A stretch of DNA of 64,000 bases from assembly GCA_963753245.1 (NCBI GenBank), contig CAVWBK010000005.1, positions 100,231-164,230 of the forward strand. Direction: 5' to 3'. Each line of letters opens with the position of its first letter. Position 1 is the first letter of the stretch. This DNA comes from an uncultured Solirubrobacterales bacterium. GTDB lineage: Bacteria; Actinomycetota; Thermoleophilia; Solirubrobacterales; 70-9. Below the pieces are notes generated by a model, which saw only the letters and a program-made list of their open reading frames with translations, was not told where the DNA came from and did no database searches. The translations under genes were made by a program, and so were the position numbers. Below are positions 46,594 to 56,650 of the stretch, in pieces.

Positions 46594-46616
46594 AATCAAG
46601 TATCTTGAAAATCAAG
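46594..46616. promoter_or_regulatory. AT-rich palindrome and direct repeat in the marR/ABC divergent promoter
   Basis: TCAAG-TAT-CTTGA at 46596-46608. AATCAAG is repeated at 46594-46600 and 46610-46616. The element is flanked by TTACC..GGTAA. Confidence 0.4.
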
Positions 46617-46624
46617 GTAACACA

Positions 46625-47101
46625 GTGAGCCACAAAACGAAGTCCGACCTGATGGTCGAGCTCGGTGAAGCCAACCGGGAGAACCAGGTCGCGGTCGACA
46701 AGATGGATGAAGCCGGCGGCCGTGCCCTGGGGGTCAATCGGACCGACGGTCGCTGCATCGACATCGTGCACCGGGCTGGGCGGATCGGCGCCGGGCGTTT
46801 GGCAGAGGAGGCGGGCCTGACCACCGGGGCGCTGACGGCGGTCGTCGATCGGCTCGAGCGCAAGGGCTACCTGCGCCGGGTCCCCGACCCCGAGGACCGT
46901 CGCCGGGTGGCGATCGAGGTGACCGAGCTGCTCGACCGGCGCGCGATGGAGATCTGGGGCCGTCTGGCGGAGCGGGGCACGCCGCTGCTGGCGAGCTTCT
47001 CGGTGCTCGAGCTCGAGGCCGTGCTCCGTTTCCTGCGGCTCAGCACTGAACTCAATGAGCAGCGGGCCGGCGAGATCCGGGCCGAACTCGATCCCCGGTG
47101 A
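46625..47101 (+). CDS. MarR-family transcriptional regulator
   Basis: Start trimmed to GTG 46625. Winged HTH AGRLAEEAGLTTGALTAVVDRLERKGYLRRVPDPEDRRRV. Confidence 0.8.
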   Translation: MSHKTKSDLMVELGEANRENQVAVDKMDEAGGRALGVNRTDGRCIDIVHRAGRIGAGRLAEEAGLTTGALTAVVDRLERKGYLRRVPDPEDRRRVAIEVTELLDRRAMEIWGRLAERGTPLLASFSVLELEAVLRFLRLSTELNEQRAGEIRAELDPR

Positions 47102-47159
47102 AGGCTGGATTGCCAGGCGATCGGGAGAATGCGCTTCTCCTACCCCGCGATCGGCTTTC

Positions 47160-47855
47160 CTAGGCCCTCTCGCCGGGCAGCGGCAGGGTCGTCTCGGCTT
47201 CGGGGTCTGGTTCGATCGGCTCGGCCCAGCGCAGCTTCGCCGGCGCCTCGCGCATCCTGATCACGCGGGCGGGAATGCCGGCGACGACGGCGTTGGCGGG
47301 CACGTCCTTGGTGACCACCGAGTTGGTGCCGATGATCGAGTTATCGCCGACCCGCACGCCGCGCAGAATGCAGGCGCCGTAGCCAATCCAAACGTTCGAT
47401 CCGACCTCGACATCGCGCTTGTAGATGCCCTGCTCGCGAATCGGGCGCTCGACCTCGACCACGCCGTGGTCAAAGTCGATGAACATCGCCCGATCGGCGA
47501 TCACGCACTGCTCGCCGATTCGCACCCGCTGGTAGGCGGAGATCGTGCACTCCTGGCCGATCACGGTCTTCGCACCGATCGAGACGACGCCCTCGTGGCA
47601 GCGGATCTTGGTGCCATCGCCGACCCAGACGAAGCGACCGAATTCGATCCTGCCCTTGCGGGCGATCTGAAGTTCGAGCTGGCGACCGAGGAAGAGCAGG
47701 CCGTCGGTCTGCCAGCGGTAACCGGCGCTGCTCAGCAGGCGCCTGCGTAGATAGCGCCAAAGCAGACGGGCGTAGCGCTGGTTCAGCATTCCGTTGCGGG
47801 CGCAGAAGCGGAGCGTGCGGGTCACGGCGGGCGGGACTTTAGACTGGCGCTGCAA
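47160..47855 (-). CDS. Hexapeptide-repeat (left-handed beta-helix) acyltransferase
   Basis: 231 aa. Repeated [LIV]G..xx[LIV] hexapeptides (IGAKTVIGQECTI, IGEQCVIADRAMF, VGSNVWIGYGACI, VGDNSIIGTNSVV). Start uncertain. Confidence 0.75.
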   Translation of the reverse strand: MQRQSKVPPAVTRTLRFCARNGMLNQRYARLLWRYLRRRLLSSAGYRWQTDGLLFLGRQLELQIARKGRIEFGRFVWVGDGTKIRCHEGVVSIGAKTVIGQECTISAYQRVRIGEQCVIADRAMFIDFDHGVVEVERPIREQGIYKRDVEVGSNVWIGYGACILRGVRVGDNSIIGTNSVVTKDVPANAVVAGIPARVIRMREAPAKLRWAEPIEPDPEAETTLPLPGERA

Positions 47856-48817
47856 TGTCCGACGTCGCCAACTCAGCGCCCCTCGCGGAGCGCCTCCTCG
47901 CCGGCGACAAGCGGGCGCTGGCGCGGGCGATCACGCTGATTGAGTCCGACGATCCGGCCGGCTGGGAGTTGGTGCGAGAGGTCTATCCACACACAGGCAA
48001 GGCGCGGATAGTCGGTTTCACCGGACCGCCGGGGGTCGGCAAGAGCACCCTGATCGGGGCGCTGACCGCCGAGCTGCGAAAGGCCGATCGCCAGGTCGCG
48101 GTGCTCTCGATCGATCCTTCCAGCCCGTTCACCAGCGGGGCCCTGCTCGGTGACCGGATCCGGCTCTCCGATCACTTCCTCGATCCGGGCGTCTTCATTC
48201 GCTCGATGGCCACCCGCGGGGCCTTGGGTGGCCTCTCGGAGGCGGCGCTGCAGGTTGCCTTGGCGATGGACGCCGCCGGCAAGGACGATGTCCTGATCGA
48301 GACGGTGGGCGTCGGCCAGGCGGAGATTGACATCGTCGATCATGCCGACACGATCGTCTTGGCCCTGATGCCCGGCTCGGGGGACTCGATCCAGGCGCTG
48401 AAGGCCGGGGTGATGGAGATTCCCGACATCATCGTCGTCAATAAGGCCGATCACCCAATGACAGAAACGATGGTCCGCGAGGTCCGCAGCGTGCTGGCGC
48501 TCTCCCACGACCCCGCGAGTTGGAAGGTGCCGATCCTGCGCACCGAGGCGGCGCGCGGCGAGGGCGTCGAGGAGCTGGCCGAGAAGATCGACGAGCACCG
48601 CCGACACATCGAGGCCGAGGGGACCCTTGAGCAGCGCCGCGCGCGCAACCTGCGCAGCGAGGTCCTCGGCATCGCCGCCTCGCGCATGCGGCGCCGGCTG
48701 GAGGCGACGGCCGCCGAGGATCCCGAGACCCAGGAGCTGCTGGACCGGGTTGTGCGGCGCGAACTCGATCCCGCCAGTGCCGCCAGCAAGCTGTTGGAGG
48801 GGGAAACCGATGGCTGA
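47855..48817 (+). CDS. meaB: Methylmalonyl-CoA mutase-associated G-protein chaperone MeaB/ArgK
   Basis: 320 aa. LARAITLIES, P-loop GPPGVGKSTL, VVNKAD. Confidence 0.9.
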   Translation: MSDVANSAPLAERLLAGDKRALARAITLIESDDPAGWELVREVYPHTGKARIVGFTGPPGVGKSTLIGALTAELRKADRQVAVLSIDPSSPFTSGALLGDRIRLSDHFLDPGVFIRSMATRGALGGLSEAALQVALAMDAAGKDDVLIETVGVGQAEIDIVDHADTIVLALMPGSGDSIQALKAGVMEIPDIIVVNKADHPMTETMVREVRSVLALSHDPASWKVPILRTEAARGEGVEELAEKIDEHRRHIEAEGTLEQRRARNLRSEVLGIAASRMRRRLEATAAEDPETQELLDRVVRRELDPASAASKLLEGETDG

Positions 48818-49172
48818 GTCCTGGGTCGGCTTTGAGCTCGATGAGATCGGCGGTGAGCGCGTCGGCACGGTCAAGGGGTTCTACCTCGATGCCCAGAGCG
48901 GTGAGCCGGCCTGGCTGATCGCCGGACTCGGGCGCCGGCGCCTGAAGTTCATCGCCGTCCCCTTTGCCCACTGCGCCGGCGGCGCGGGCCGGGTCTGGGC
49001 CGCGCACGAGCGCGAGGTGCTCAAGCGGGCCCCCACGGTGGACCCCGCGCGTCCTCTGATGCGCGAGCACGAGCTCGCGATCTGCGCCCACTATGGCGTC
49101 GGTGAGCGGGTCGGGCGCGCGGCGGAGGTCCTCGGCCGCGAGGCCGGTGCGCTGACCGCCAAACCCGGCTGA
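48810..49172 (+). CDS. PRC-barrel-like small protein
   Basis: 120 aa. ATG overlaps the meaB stop by 8 nt. WVGFELDEIGGERVGTVKGFYLD..PAWLI is typical of PRC-barrel proteins. Confidence 0.55.
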   Translation: MAESWVGFELDEIGGERVGTVKGFYLDAQSGEPAWLIAGLGRRRLKFIAVPFAHCAGGAGRVWAAHEREVLKRAPTVDPARPLMREHELAICAHYGVGERVGRAAEVLGREAGALTAKPG

Positions 49173-49237
49173 GACGGCGGGGCCGTGAACCGAGGCGCCT
49201 TAGGCACTCGTAATGGGCGCCTGGGAAGGTTCCGGGC

Positions 49238-51040
49238 ATGATTTTGTTGATCTGCTTCGGCTTCATCGCCGGAGCGGCGACCGCCGTCTCGCCGTGCGTG
49301 CTGCCGGTCTTACCGATTGCCCTGGCCGGGGGCGCCACCGGCGGTCGGCGCCGCCCGCTGGGAATCGTCACCGGGCTCGCCGTCTCCTTCACCTTCGCGA
49401 CCGTCGCGCTCGTCTACGTGATCTCGGCCCTCGGTCTGCCCAACAATCTGCTGCGCAGCGTGGCGATCGCGGTGCTGATCGGCTTTGGGGTGACGCTGAT
49501 GATCCCGCCCCTGGCGGCCCGGGCCGAGGCCTGGGTCAGCCGTTTTGCCGGCCGCGCGGGCATCCATGGTGGCCAGGGGGAGGGCTTTTGGTCCGGAGCC
49601 GCTCTGGGGGCCAGTCTCGGCTTGGTCTACGCGCCCTGCGCCGGGCCGATCCTGGCCGGGGTGATCACGGTCTCGGCCTCGCAGTCCTTCACCGCGGGGC
49701 GCCTTGCGGTCGCGCTCAGCTACGGCATCGGCTCCGCGGCGGTGCTCTACGTGCTGATGCTTGGCGGCCGGCGGCTCTCGGCGCCCCTGGCGCGACGTGG
49801 CCCAGGTCTGCAGATCGCGATGGGTCTGGTGATGGTCCTCGTCGGCCTGGCGATGCTCGGCGAATACGACATCCGCTTCCAGAACAAGATCGCCGCCGAT
49901 CTGCCCTCCTTCATGGTCGACCCCAGTCACGGCCTCGAGGACACCGCCGCGGCGCGCGCAGCGCTGGTCGACGTGCGGGGCGAAGCGGCCCACGGGGTCG
50001 GGGGCAGGGCGGCCAATGACGAAGCGAGCTCGACGAGCGGCGAAGGGGCGGGCGGTGGTCCGGGCGCCGCCAGGCGACCCGGCCCACCCTCGGGCCTCCC
50101 GACCTACGGCCCGGCGCCGGAATTCGTCGATACCGGGGACTGGTTCAACACCCGAGGCGATCGACCGCTGAGGATGAGCGCCCTGCGGGGCCGCGTCGTT
50201 CTGATCGACTTCTGGACCTACAGCTGCATCAACTGCCTGCGCACGCTGCCCTACCTAAACGCCTGGAACCAGCGCTACCACCGAGACGGCCTGACGATCG
50301 TCGGCGTCCACTCACCCGAGTTTCCCTTCGAGAAAGACGCCGGCAACGTCGCCGCCGCGGTTGCGCGCAACCAGATCAAGTACCCGGTGGTCCAGGACAA
50401 CGAACTGGCCACCTGGAACGCCTGGGGCAATCAGTACTGGCCGGCCGAGTACTTCGTCGACGCCAGCGGTCGGGTGCGCTTCGCCGATTTCGGCGAGGGC
50501 AAATACGGCGAGAAGGAGCAAGTAATCCGCGAGCTGCTCGAAGAAGCCGGCGATCACCTCGGCGCCCGGCGCTCGGGCGCCCATGGGATCGCGCCCTCGC
50601 CCGCCATCAGCACCCCGGAGACCTACCTCGGAGCCGCGCGCGCGGAACGCTTCACCAACCCGATGCTCTCGCCGGGAAGACATGACTTCGGCGCCGCGGC
50701 GCCCGTCCCCTCACTCAACGAATTCGCCTACCGTGGGCGCTGGCGGATCAGTCTCGAGTCGGCGACCGCCGAACCCGGGGCCGGCCTCGACCTCCATTTC
50801 GGCGCCCGCCGCGTGTACATGGTGCTCGGCCCGACCGGCGGGCACAGCGCCCGGATGCGGGTCTTCCTCGACGGCCACCCGATCCCGGCCGCCCTTGCCG
50901 GCAGCGACGTGCACCAGGGCAGCGTCGATGTCTCCGCCCAGCGTCTCTACGAGCTGGTCAACCTGCCGCGGGTCGAGGATCATCTGCTCACCCTGAAGCC
51001 GCAGGCCGGCGTTCAGGGCTACTCGTTCACCTTCGGCTGA
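49238..51040 (+). CDS. dipZ: DipZ-type protein: CcdA/DsbD membrane domain fused to thioredoxin-like and C-terminal beta domains
   Basis: 600 aa. N-terminal TM domain with SPCVLPVLP and APCAGPIL. Thioredoxin motif WTYSCINCLRT. Confidence 0.85.
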   Translation: MILLICFGFIAGAATAVSPCVLPVLPIALAGGATGGRRRPLGIVTGLAVSFTFATVALVYVISALGLPNNLLRSVAIAVLIGFGVTLMIPPLAARAEAWVSRFAGRAGIHGGQGEGFWSGAALGASLGLVYAPCAGPILAGVITVSASQSFTAGRLAVALSYGIGSAAVLYVLMLGGRRLSAPLARRGPGLQIAMGLVMVLVGLAMLGEYDIRFQNKIAADLPSFMVDPSHGLEDTAAARAALVDVRGEAAHGVGGRAANDEASSTSGEGAGGGPGAARRPGPPSGLPTYGPAPEFVDTGDWFNTRGDRPLRMSALRGRVVLIDFWTYSCINCLRTLPYLNAWNQRYHRDGLTIVGVHSPEFPFEKDAGNVAAAVARNQIKYPVVQDNELATWNAWGNQYWPAEYFVDASGRVRFADFGEGKYGEKEQVIRELLEEAGDHLGARRSGAHGIAPSPAISTPETYLGAARAERFTNPMLSPGRHDFGAAAPVPSLNEFAYRGRWRISLESATAEPGAGLDLHFGARRVYMVLGPTGGHSARMRVFLDGHPIPAALAGSDVHQGSVDVSAQRLYELVNLPRVEDHLLTLKPQAGVQGYSFTFG

Positions 51041-51043
51041 GCT

Positions 51044-52192
51044 TCAGCAGCCGAGCTGGCGGGCGATCACCATCTGCTGGACCTCATCGGTGCCCTCGCC
51101 GATCGTGAGGATCTTGGCGTCGCGGTAAAAGCGACAGACCGGGTACTCCTCGATGTAGCCATAGCCGCCGTGGATCTGGACCGCCTCCTCGGTCGCTCGC
51201 ACCGCCAGACGCCCGGTGATCAGCTTCGCCTGGGCCGCGGTCAGGGTGAACGACTGGCCGGCGTCCTTCTCCAGTGCGGCGCGCCAGGTGAGCAGGCGGG
51301 CGGCCTCGATCTGGGCTGAGAGGTCGGCGATCTTCGCCTGGATCGACTGGAACTTGGAGATCGCTTGGCCGAAGGCACGGCGCTCCTTGGCGTAGGAGAT
51401 CGCCTCATCGAGGGCGCCCTGGGCAAGCCCGACGCCCATCGCCGCGACCCCGATCCGGCCCCCGTCGAGGATATGGAGGAAGTTCTTGAAGCCATCGCCT
51501 CGGCGGCCGAGCAGGCTCGAGTCGGGCACCCGGCAGTCCTTGAAGCCCAGCGGCCTCGTGTCCGATGCGTTCCAGCCCATCTTCCGGTAGGGCTCGCCGA
51601 CCTCATAGCCCGGCGTCCCCCTGGCCACGATCAGATTCGAGATCTCCTTGCGGCCCTTCTCGGTCTCCCCGGTGAGGGCGGTGATCGAGACGCAACCGGA
51701 GATCTCGGTGCCCGAGTTGGTGATGAACTGCTTGGCGCCGTTGATCACCCACTCGCCGTCCTCAAGCCGCGCCCGGGTGCGGACGTTGCCGGCATCTGAG
51801 CCCGCTTCGGGCTCGGTCAGCCCGAAGGAGGCCAGGCGCTCGCCCGAGCAGAGCCGCGGCATCCACTCGGCCTTCTGCTCCTCGCTGCCCCAGAGGTGGA
51901 TCGGCATCGTGCCCAGCGAGGTGTGGGCTGCCATCGTGATGCAAACCGAGGAGTCGATCCGCGCCAGCTCTTCGACCGCGAGCACGTAGGAGAGCGTGTC
52001 GGCCCCACCGCCACCGTAGTCCTGCGGGAACGGGATCCCCATCAGCCCGAGCCCGCCCATCTTGGCGACGATCTCATAGGGAAACGACTTGGTCCGATCG
52101 AGCTCCGCGGCCACCGGTGCGACCTCGTTGCGGGCGAATTCCCGGACCGTGTCGCGCAGCAGCTTCTGCTCGTCGCTGAGCTCGAAGTCCAT
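51044..52192 (-). CDS. Acyl-CoA dehydrogenase
   Basis: 382 aa. MDFELSDEQKLLRDTVREFA, GLTEPEAGSD, QIHGGYGYIEEYPVCRFYRDAKILTIGEGT. Confidence 0.9.
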   Translation of the reverse strand: MDFELSDEQKLLRDTVREFARNEVAPVAAELDRTKSFPYEIVAKMGGLGLMGIPFPQDYGGGGADTLSYVLAVEELARIDSSVCITMAAHTSLGTMPIHLWGSEEQKAEWMPRLCSGERLASFGLTEPEAGSDAGNVRTRARLEDGEWVINGAKQFITNSGTEISGCVSITALTGETEKGRKEISNLIVARGTPGYEVGEPYRKMGWNASDTRPLGFKDCRVPDSSLLGRRGDGFKNFLHILDGGRIGVAAMGVGLAQGALDEAISYAKERRAFGQAISKFQSIQAKIADLSAQIEAARLLTWRAALEKDAGQSFTLTAAQAKLITGRLAVRATEEAVQIHGGYGYIEEYPVCRFYRDAKILTIGEGTDEVQQMVIARQLGC

Positions 52193-52229
52193 GCCTTGCA
52201 GCCTATTGGCGCGGGGCCGCTCAGAGCAG

Positions 52230-52251
52230 CGGCGCCGCTTGGCGCGGCGCT
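52230..52251 (-). terminator. 10-bp GC palindrome downstream of the aldehyde dehydrogenase gene
   Basis: GGCGCGGCGC (52230-52239), TC, GCGCCGCGCC (52242-52251). No U tract. Confidence 0.3.
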
Positions 52252-52274
52252 CGCGCCGCGCCCGGGTAACCCAC

Positions 52275-53711
52275 CTAGAGCTGCAGGCTCTTCACCTGCA
52301 GCAACTCCTCGATCGCGTAGCGGCCGTTCTCGCGACCGTGACCGGACTGCTTGTAACCGCCAAAGGGCGCCAGCGGGTTGAAGGCGCCGCCGTTGATCTC
52401 GATCTGGCCGCTGCGGATGCGGCGGGCGACCCCGATCGCGCGCTCCTGATCGGCTGACCAGACGCCGCCGGCGAGCCCGTAGACGCTGTCGTTGGCGATC
52501 TTCACCGCCTCCTCCTCGCCATCGTAGGGCTGGATCGCCAGCACCGGGCCAAAGATCTCCTCCTGGGCGATCGTCATCTCGGCGGTGACATCCGAGAAGA
52601 CTGTCGGGCGGACGAAGTAGCCGCGCTCGAGGCCCTCGGGCGCGGTCGCCCCGCCGGTCAGCAGCTTGGCGCCTTCTGCCTCGCCCTTTTGGATGTAGAC
52701 GCGGACCCGTTCGCGCTGGGCCTCGGAGACGAGCGGGCCCAGGCGCGTGGCCTCATCGAAGGGGTCCCCGGGGGTGAAGGTCTGGGCGGCCTGGGCGGCG
52801 ATCTCCTCAGCCTCGGCGAGCTTCTCGCGGGGGATCAGCATCCTGGTCAGCGCGCTGCAGGTTTGGCCCGAGTTCAGGTAGCACTTGCCGACCCCGTCTG
52901 GGATCGCGCGGGAGAGGTCGGCGTCATCGAGGATCACGTTCGGCGACTTGCCCCCGAGCTCCATCGCGACCGGCTTGACGGTTGCCGAGGCCAGCTCCGA
53001 GACCCGTCGCCCGGCCCGCGTGGAGCCGGTGAAGGAGATCATGTCGACCCCCGGATGCGCCGCGATCGCCTCACCGACGACCGGGCCGGTGCCACTCAGC
53101 AGGTTGAAGACGCCGGCGGGAAGGCCGGCGGCCTCGATCACCTCAGCGAGGATGAAGGCATTGAGGGGGACGATCTCGCTCGGCTTGAGCACGACGGTGC
53201 AGCCGGCGGCCAAGGCCGGGGCGACCTTGCAGGCGATCTGGTTGAGCGGGTAGTTCCAGGGCGTGATCGCGCCGAGAACGCCGACCGGCTCGCGCAGCAC
53301 CCGCGAGTTGCCGATCTCCTCCTCCCAGACGACTTCCTCGATCAATCCCGGCATCGCGCCGAACTGGCCGATCGGTAACCCCGCCTGGATCATTTTGCTG
53401 AGCGTCAGCGGCATGCCCAGCTCCTGGGAAATGGTGGCTGCGATCTCATCGCTGCGCTCGGCAAGGCCGGCGGAGATCGCGGCCAGGTAACCGGCGCGCT
53501 CCTCCCTCGGGGTCTGGGACCATGAGTCGAAGGCCTCGCGGGCGGCGAGCACGGCGCGATCGGCATCGGCAACAGAGCAGGCGGGGATCGTTCCCATCGT
53601 CTCCTCGGTACTGGAGTTGATCACCTCCAGCGTCTCGGTGGCCTGGGGATCGACCCACTCACCCCCGATGAAGATCTGCTCGCGTGCCTGGAGTTCCGCT
53701 GCGGTTGCCAT
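52275..53711 (-). CDS. NAD(P)-dependent aldehyde dehydrogenase
   Basis: Start trimmed to [21 protein letters not shown]. Catalytic region ELGGKSP and NSGQTCSA. Confidence 0.9.
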   Translation of the reverse strand: MATAAELQAREQIFIGGEWVDPQATETLEVINSSTEETMGTIPACSVADADRAVLAAREAFDSWSQTPREERAGYLAAISAGLAERSDEIAATISQELGMPLTLSKMIQAGLPIGQFGAMPGLIEEVVWEEEIGNSRVLREPVGVLGAITPWNYPLNQIACKVAPALAAGCTVVLKPSEIVPLNAFILAEVIEAAGLPAGVFNLLSGTGPVVGEAIAAHPGVDMISFTGSTRAGRRVSELASATVKPVAMELGGKSPNVILDDADLSRAIPDGVGKCYLNSGQTCSALTRMLIPREKLAEAEEIAAQAAQTFTPGDPFDEATRLGPLVSEAQRERVRVYIQKGEAEGAKLLTGGATAPEGLERGYFVRPTVFSDVTAEMTIAQEEIFGPVLAIQPYDGEEEAVKIANDSVYGLAGGVWSADQERAIGVARRIRSGQIEINGGAFNPLAPFGGYKQSGHGRENGRYAIEELLQVKSLQL

Positions 53712-53757
53712 CTGCTTCCTCCTCTGATCGTCGGCGCCGGCTGGCTGCCCGCCAACG

Positions 53758-54285
53758 CTAGCGCGCCGCGAGCGCCGCGGTGTTATCGGCAGCGCCCAGC
53801 GGGTCTCCCGGCCCGCGCAGAGCACGAGCGTCGCGCGCTCGCAGGGTCTCTCCGCAGCGCTCGCAGACGCCGCGGTCGCTGACCGCGCCGCCGCAAAGCT
53901 TGTGGACGATCAGCACCGGCGGCCCGCCGGGGCCGGGGGAGTGGCGGTCACCCCAGGCCTGCAGGGCGACAAGGGCGGGCCAGAGGTCCAGCCCCTTCTC
54001 GGTCAGGAAGTACTCGTAGCGATCCGGGCCTCGCTGGTAGGCGCGGCGCTCGAGGATGTCCTCATCGACCAGGCGCTGCAGCCGCGAGGCGAGGACGTTG
54101 CGGGCGATCCCCAGCCCCTTTTGCAGCTCATCGAAGCGCCGCCGTCGGTTCATCACGTCGCGGATGATCAACAGCGACCAGCGCTCACCGACGACTTCGA
54201 GCGCCTTGGCGATCGAGCACACCTGCCCCGGATAGTCGTGGCGCAGCACGAGTGTGATCTTGGCACAGTCGGTTGCTTGACGCAA
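53758..54285 (-). CDS. HxlR-family transcriptional regulator with C-terminal extension
   Basis: [52 protein letters not shown]. Start uncertain. Confidence 0.75.
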   Translation of the reverse strand: MRQATDCAKITLVLRHDYPGQVCSIAKALEVVGERWSLLIIRDVMNRRRRFDELQKGLGIARNVLASRLQRLVDEDILERRAYQRGPDRYEYFLTEKGLDLWPALVALQAWGDRHSPGPGGPPVLIVHKLCGGAVSDRGVCERCGETLRARDARALRGPGDPLGAADNTAALAAR

Positions 54286-54518
54286 CTCACTGGTGTAGGG
54301 TCGCGGGGCGCACGAGTTGCATCACGCAACCCAGGCCGATCCCGCCGAATGGAGGCACCGAAGATGAGGCTGATCCAAAGACAACGACAGTCCGCTCGCG
54401 AGAAGCTCCCCAGGGTCGCGATCAGCCAGGCGGAGATCACCGCCGATCTGATCTATCCGGCCGCTCGCCGCTCGACCCCGCGCCCCGGCGCTGGTGCCGG
54501 GGCCGAGGGACGACGCCG

Positions 54519-55079
54519 GTGAGTGAGGCGCCGGTGAGCGCCGGCGGCGCCGTGCGGGCCGCCGAAGCCTTCGCCTCCAGACTCGACCCCAAGGCCACTC
54601 GCAGCCGGACCTTGATCTGGCAGGACCCGGTGCCGACCGCGGCTGCGGGGGCGGGGATGAGTGGCCTGCAGTACATGCGGGCGGTCCTCGCCGCCGAGCT
54701 GCCGCCGCCGCCGATCGCGGTGCTGATGCGGATCCGCCCGATCGAGATCGAGCAGGGCCGGGCGCTCTTTGAGGGCGAGCCCGGCGAGGAGCACTACAAC
54801 CCGATCGGGGTTGTCCACGGTGGCTATGCGGCCACCCTGCTCGACTCGGCGCTGGGCTGCTCGGTGCACACCACCCTGCCCGCCGGCGTCGGCTACACCT
54901 CGCTCACTTTGGAGACCAAGTACGTGCGGCCGATCACCCGCGACACCGGCCGCGTGCTCTGCGAGGCAAGCGTCCTTCACCGCGGCCGCCGCCAGGCGAC
55001 CGCGGAGGCGACGCTCAAAGCGGCCGAGAGCGGCAAGCTCCTCGCCCACGCAAGTGCCACCTGCATGATTCTCCCCTGA
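54519..55079 (+). CDS. PaaI-family (hotdog fold) thioesterase
   Basis: Start provisionally GTG 54519. NPIGVVHGGYAATLLDSALGCSV core. Confidence 0.65.
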   Translation: MSEAPVSAGGAVRAAEAFASRLDPKATRSRTLIWQDPVPTAAAGAGMSGLQYMRAVLAAELPPPPIAVLMRIRPIEIEQGRALFEGEPGEEHYNPIGVVHGGYAATLLDSALGCSVHTTLPAGVGYTSLTLETKYVRPITRDTGRVLCEASVLHRGRRQATAEATLKAAESGKLLAHASATCMILP

Positions 55080-55089
55080 GCGCTCGCTC

Positions 55090-56523
55090 TCAGCTGCTGA
55101 GGCTGCTTGCCAGCGCGACCAGGAGGCGGACGCCAAAGCCACTCGCGTCTTTACCGGTGTACTCGCGGCCGACCTCCCAGGCAGTTCCGGCGATGTCGAC
55201 GTGGGCCCAGGGGGTGTCCCCGACGAACTCCTCCAGGAAGGAGGCCGCGGTGATCGTGCCGGCGACCCGCTTGGAGCCGAGGTTTGAGAGGTCGGCGACG
55301 CTGCCCTTCATGATCTCCTTGTACTCGGGGTGCAGGGGCAGCCGCCAGACCAGCTCACCGCTGCTTGCACCGGCGCGCTCGAGCGCGCCGCAGAGCTCGT
55401 CATCGTTGGAGATGACCGCGGCGTAGGTCGAACCGAGCGCGACCAGGACGGCACCGGTCAGGGTCGCCAGATCGACGAGCCGCTCGGCGCCCAGCTCGAC
55501 CGCGTAGGCGAGCGCGTCGGCGAGGATCAGGCGGCCCTCGGCATCGGTGTTATTGACCTCGACCGTCTTGCCGTTGTATTGGGTGATCACGTCGCCGGGC
55601 TTGATCGCCGTCCCGGAAGGCATGTTCTCGGTCGCGGGTAGGACGGCGATCAGGTCGATCGCGAGGCCCAGATCGGCGATCGCGGCGACCGACTCGAGCA
55701 CCGCCGCGGCGCCCGACATGTCCATCTTCATCTCCTGCATGCCCGCCGAGGGCTTGATCGAGATTCCCCCGGTGTCGAAGGTGACGCCCTTGCCGATCAG
55801 CCCCAGCGTCGCGCCCTCGCCGCCCGCGTAGCGCAGGACGATCAGCCGCGGCTCCTCGGGGCCGCCCTGGCTGACGGCGAGCAGGCCGCCCATTCCCTTG
55901 GCGGCGATCTGCTCGGGCCCCAGGACCTCGATCGTGACCGACTCGTGCTCGGCGGCGATCTGCTCGGCGCGGGTGGCGAGGAAGGTCGGCGTGGCCACGT
56001 TTGAGGGCAGGCTCTGCAGATCGCGGGCGCGGTTCTGGGCCTCGGCGCAGACCCGCGCGATCTCGACCGCCTCGGAGATGCCCTGCGGGCCGGCCAGTTT
56101 CAGGGTCTCGAGCTTCGCCGGCGGCGGATCCTCGGGCTCGACGCTGAGAAAGGGGTCAAAGCGGTAGGAGCCGAGGATCGTGCCGCTGACCAGACCATCC
56201 GCGATCGCGGCGTCCTCGCCGGTTTCGGGCAAAAGCCAGGCGATCGAGGTCGCCTCCAGCGCGGCGGCCTGCTTGGCGGCTAGCGCGCCCACGACCCGCG
56301 CCCGCTCGGAGTCGAACTGCTCGCGCTTGCCGAGCCCGACCACCAGCGCCCGCGAAGGCGCCGCGGGGTGCAAGGTGGAGAGCTTTTTGAAGCCGCCCTT
56401 GGCATCCTCGGCGCCCGCGGCGCCGCGCAGCGACGGCGGCAGCTCGCCAGCGTCAAAGAGCCCGGCGATGAGAAGGTCAACACCCAGCTCGGCGGGCTCG
56501 GATTGGCTCACTTCGACGCGCAT
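55090..56523 (-). CDS. pepA: Leucyl aminopeptidase (M17)
   Basis: Start trimmed to MRVEVSQSEP. M17 signature NTDAEGRLILADAL and GKGVTFDTGGISIKP. Confidence 0.9.
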   Translation of the reverse strand: MRVEVSQSEPAELGVDLLIAGLFDAGELPPSLRGAAGAEDAKGGFKKLSTLHPAAPSRALVVGLGKREQFDSERARVVGALAAKQAAALEATSIAWLLPETGEDAAIADGLVSGTILGSYRFDPFLSVEPEDPPPAKLETLKLAGPQGISEAVEIARVCAEAQNRARDLQSLPSNVATPTFLATRAEQIAAEHESVTIEVLGPEQIAAKGMGGLLAVSQGGPEEPRLIVLRYAGGEGATLGLIGKGVTFDTGGISIKPSAGMQEMKMDMSGAAAVLESVAAIADLGLAIDLIAVLPATENMPSGTAIKPGDVITQYNGKTVEVNNTDAEGRLILADALAYAVELGAERLVDLATLTGAVLVALGSTYAAVISNDDELCGALERAGASSGELVWRLPLHPEYKEIMKGSVADLSNLGSKRVAGTITAASFLEEFVGDTPWAHVDIAGTAWEVGREYTGKDASGFGVRLLVALASSLSS

Positions 56524-56650
56524 CGCAGGCGCGAGTCTATGCGCTTGCTCACGCAGGTCCGGTCGACCCTTCGGTATCTTCCCGAGTAGGGCCTTGCGGC
56601 CCACGTTCGAGCCGAGATCCGGCACAAACCACACGAAAGGTCCGCTAACG

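Noticed and set aside
47124-47140. GGAGAA-N5-TTCTCC hairpin between the convergent marR and acyltransferase genes, considered as a bidirectional terminator.
   Set aside because: The stem is only 6 bp and has no flanking U or A tracts. That is too weak to call.
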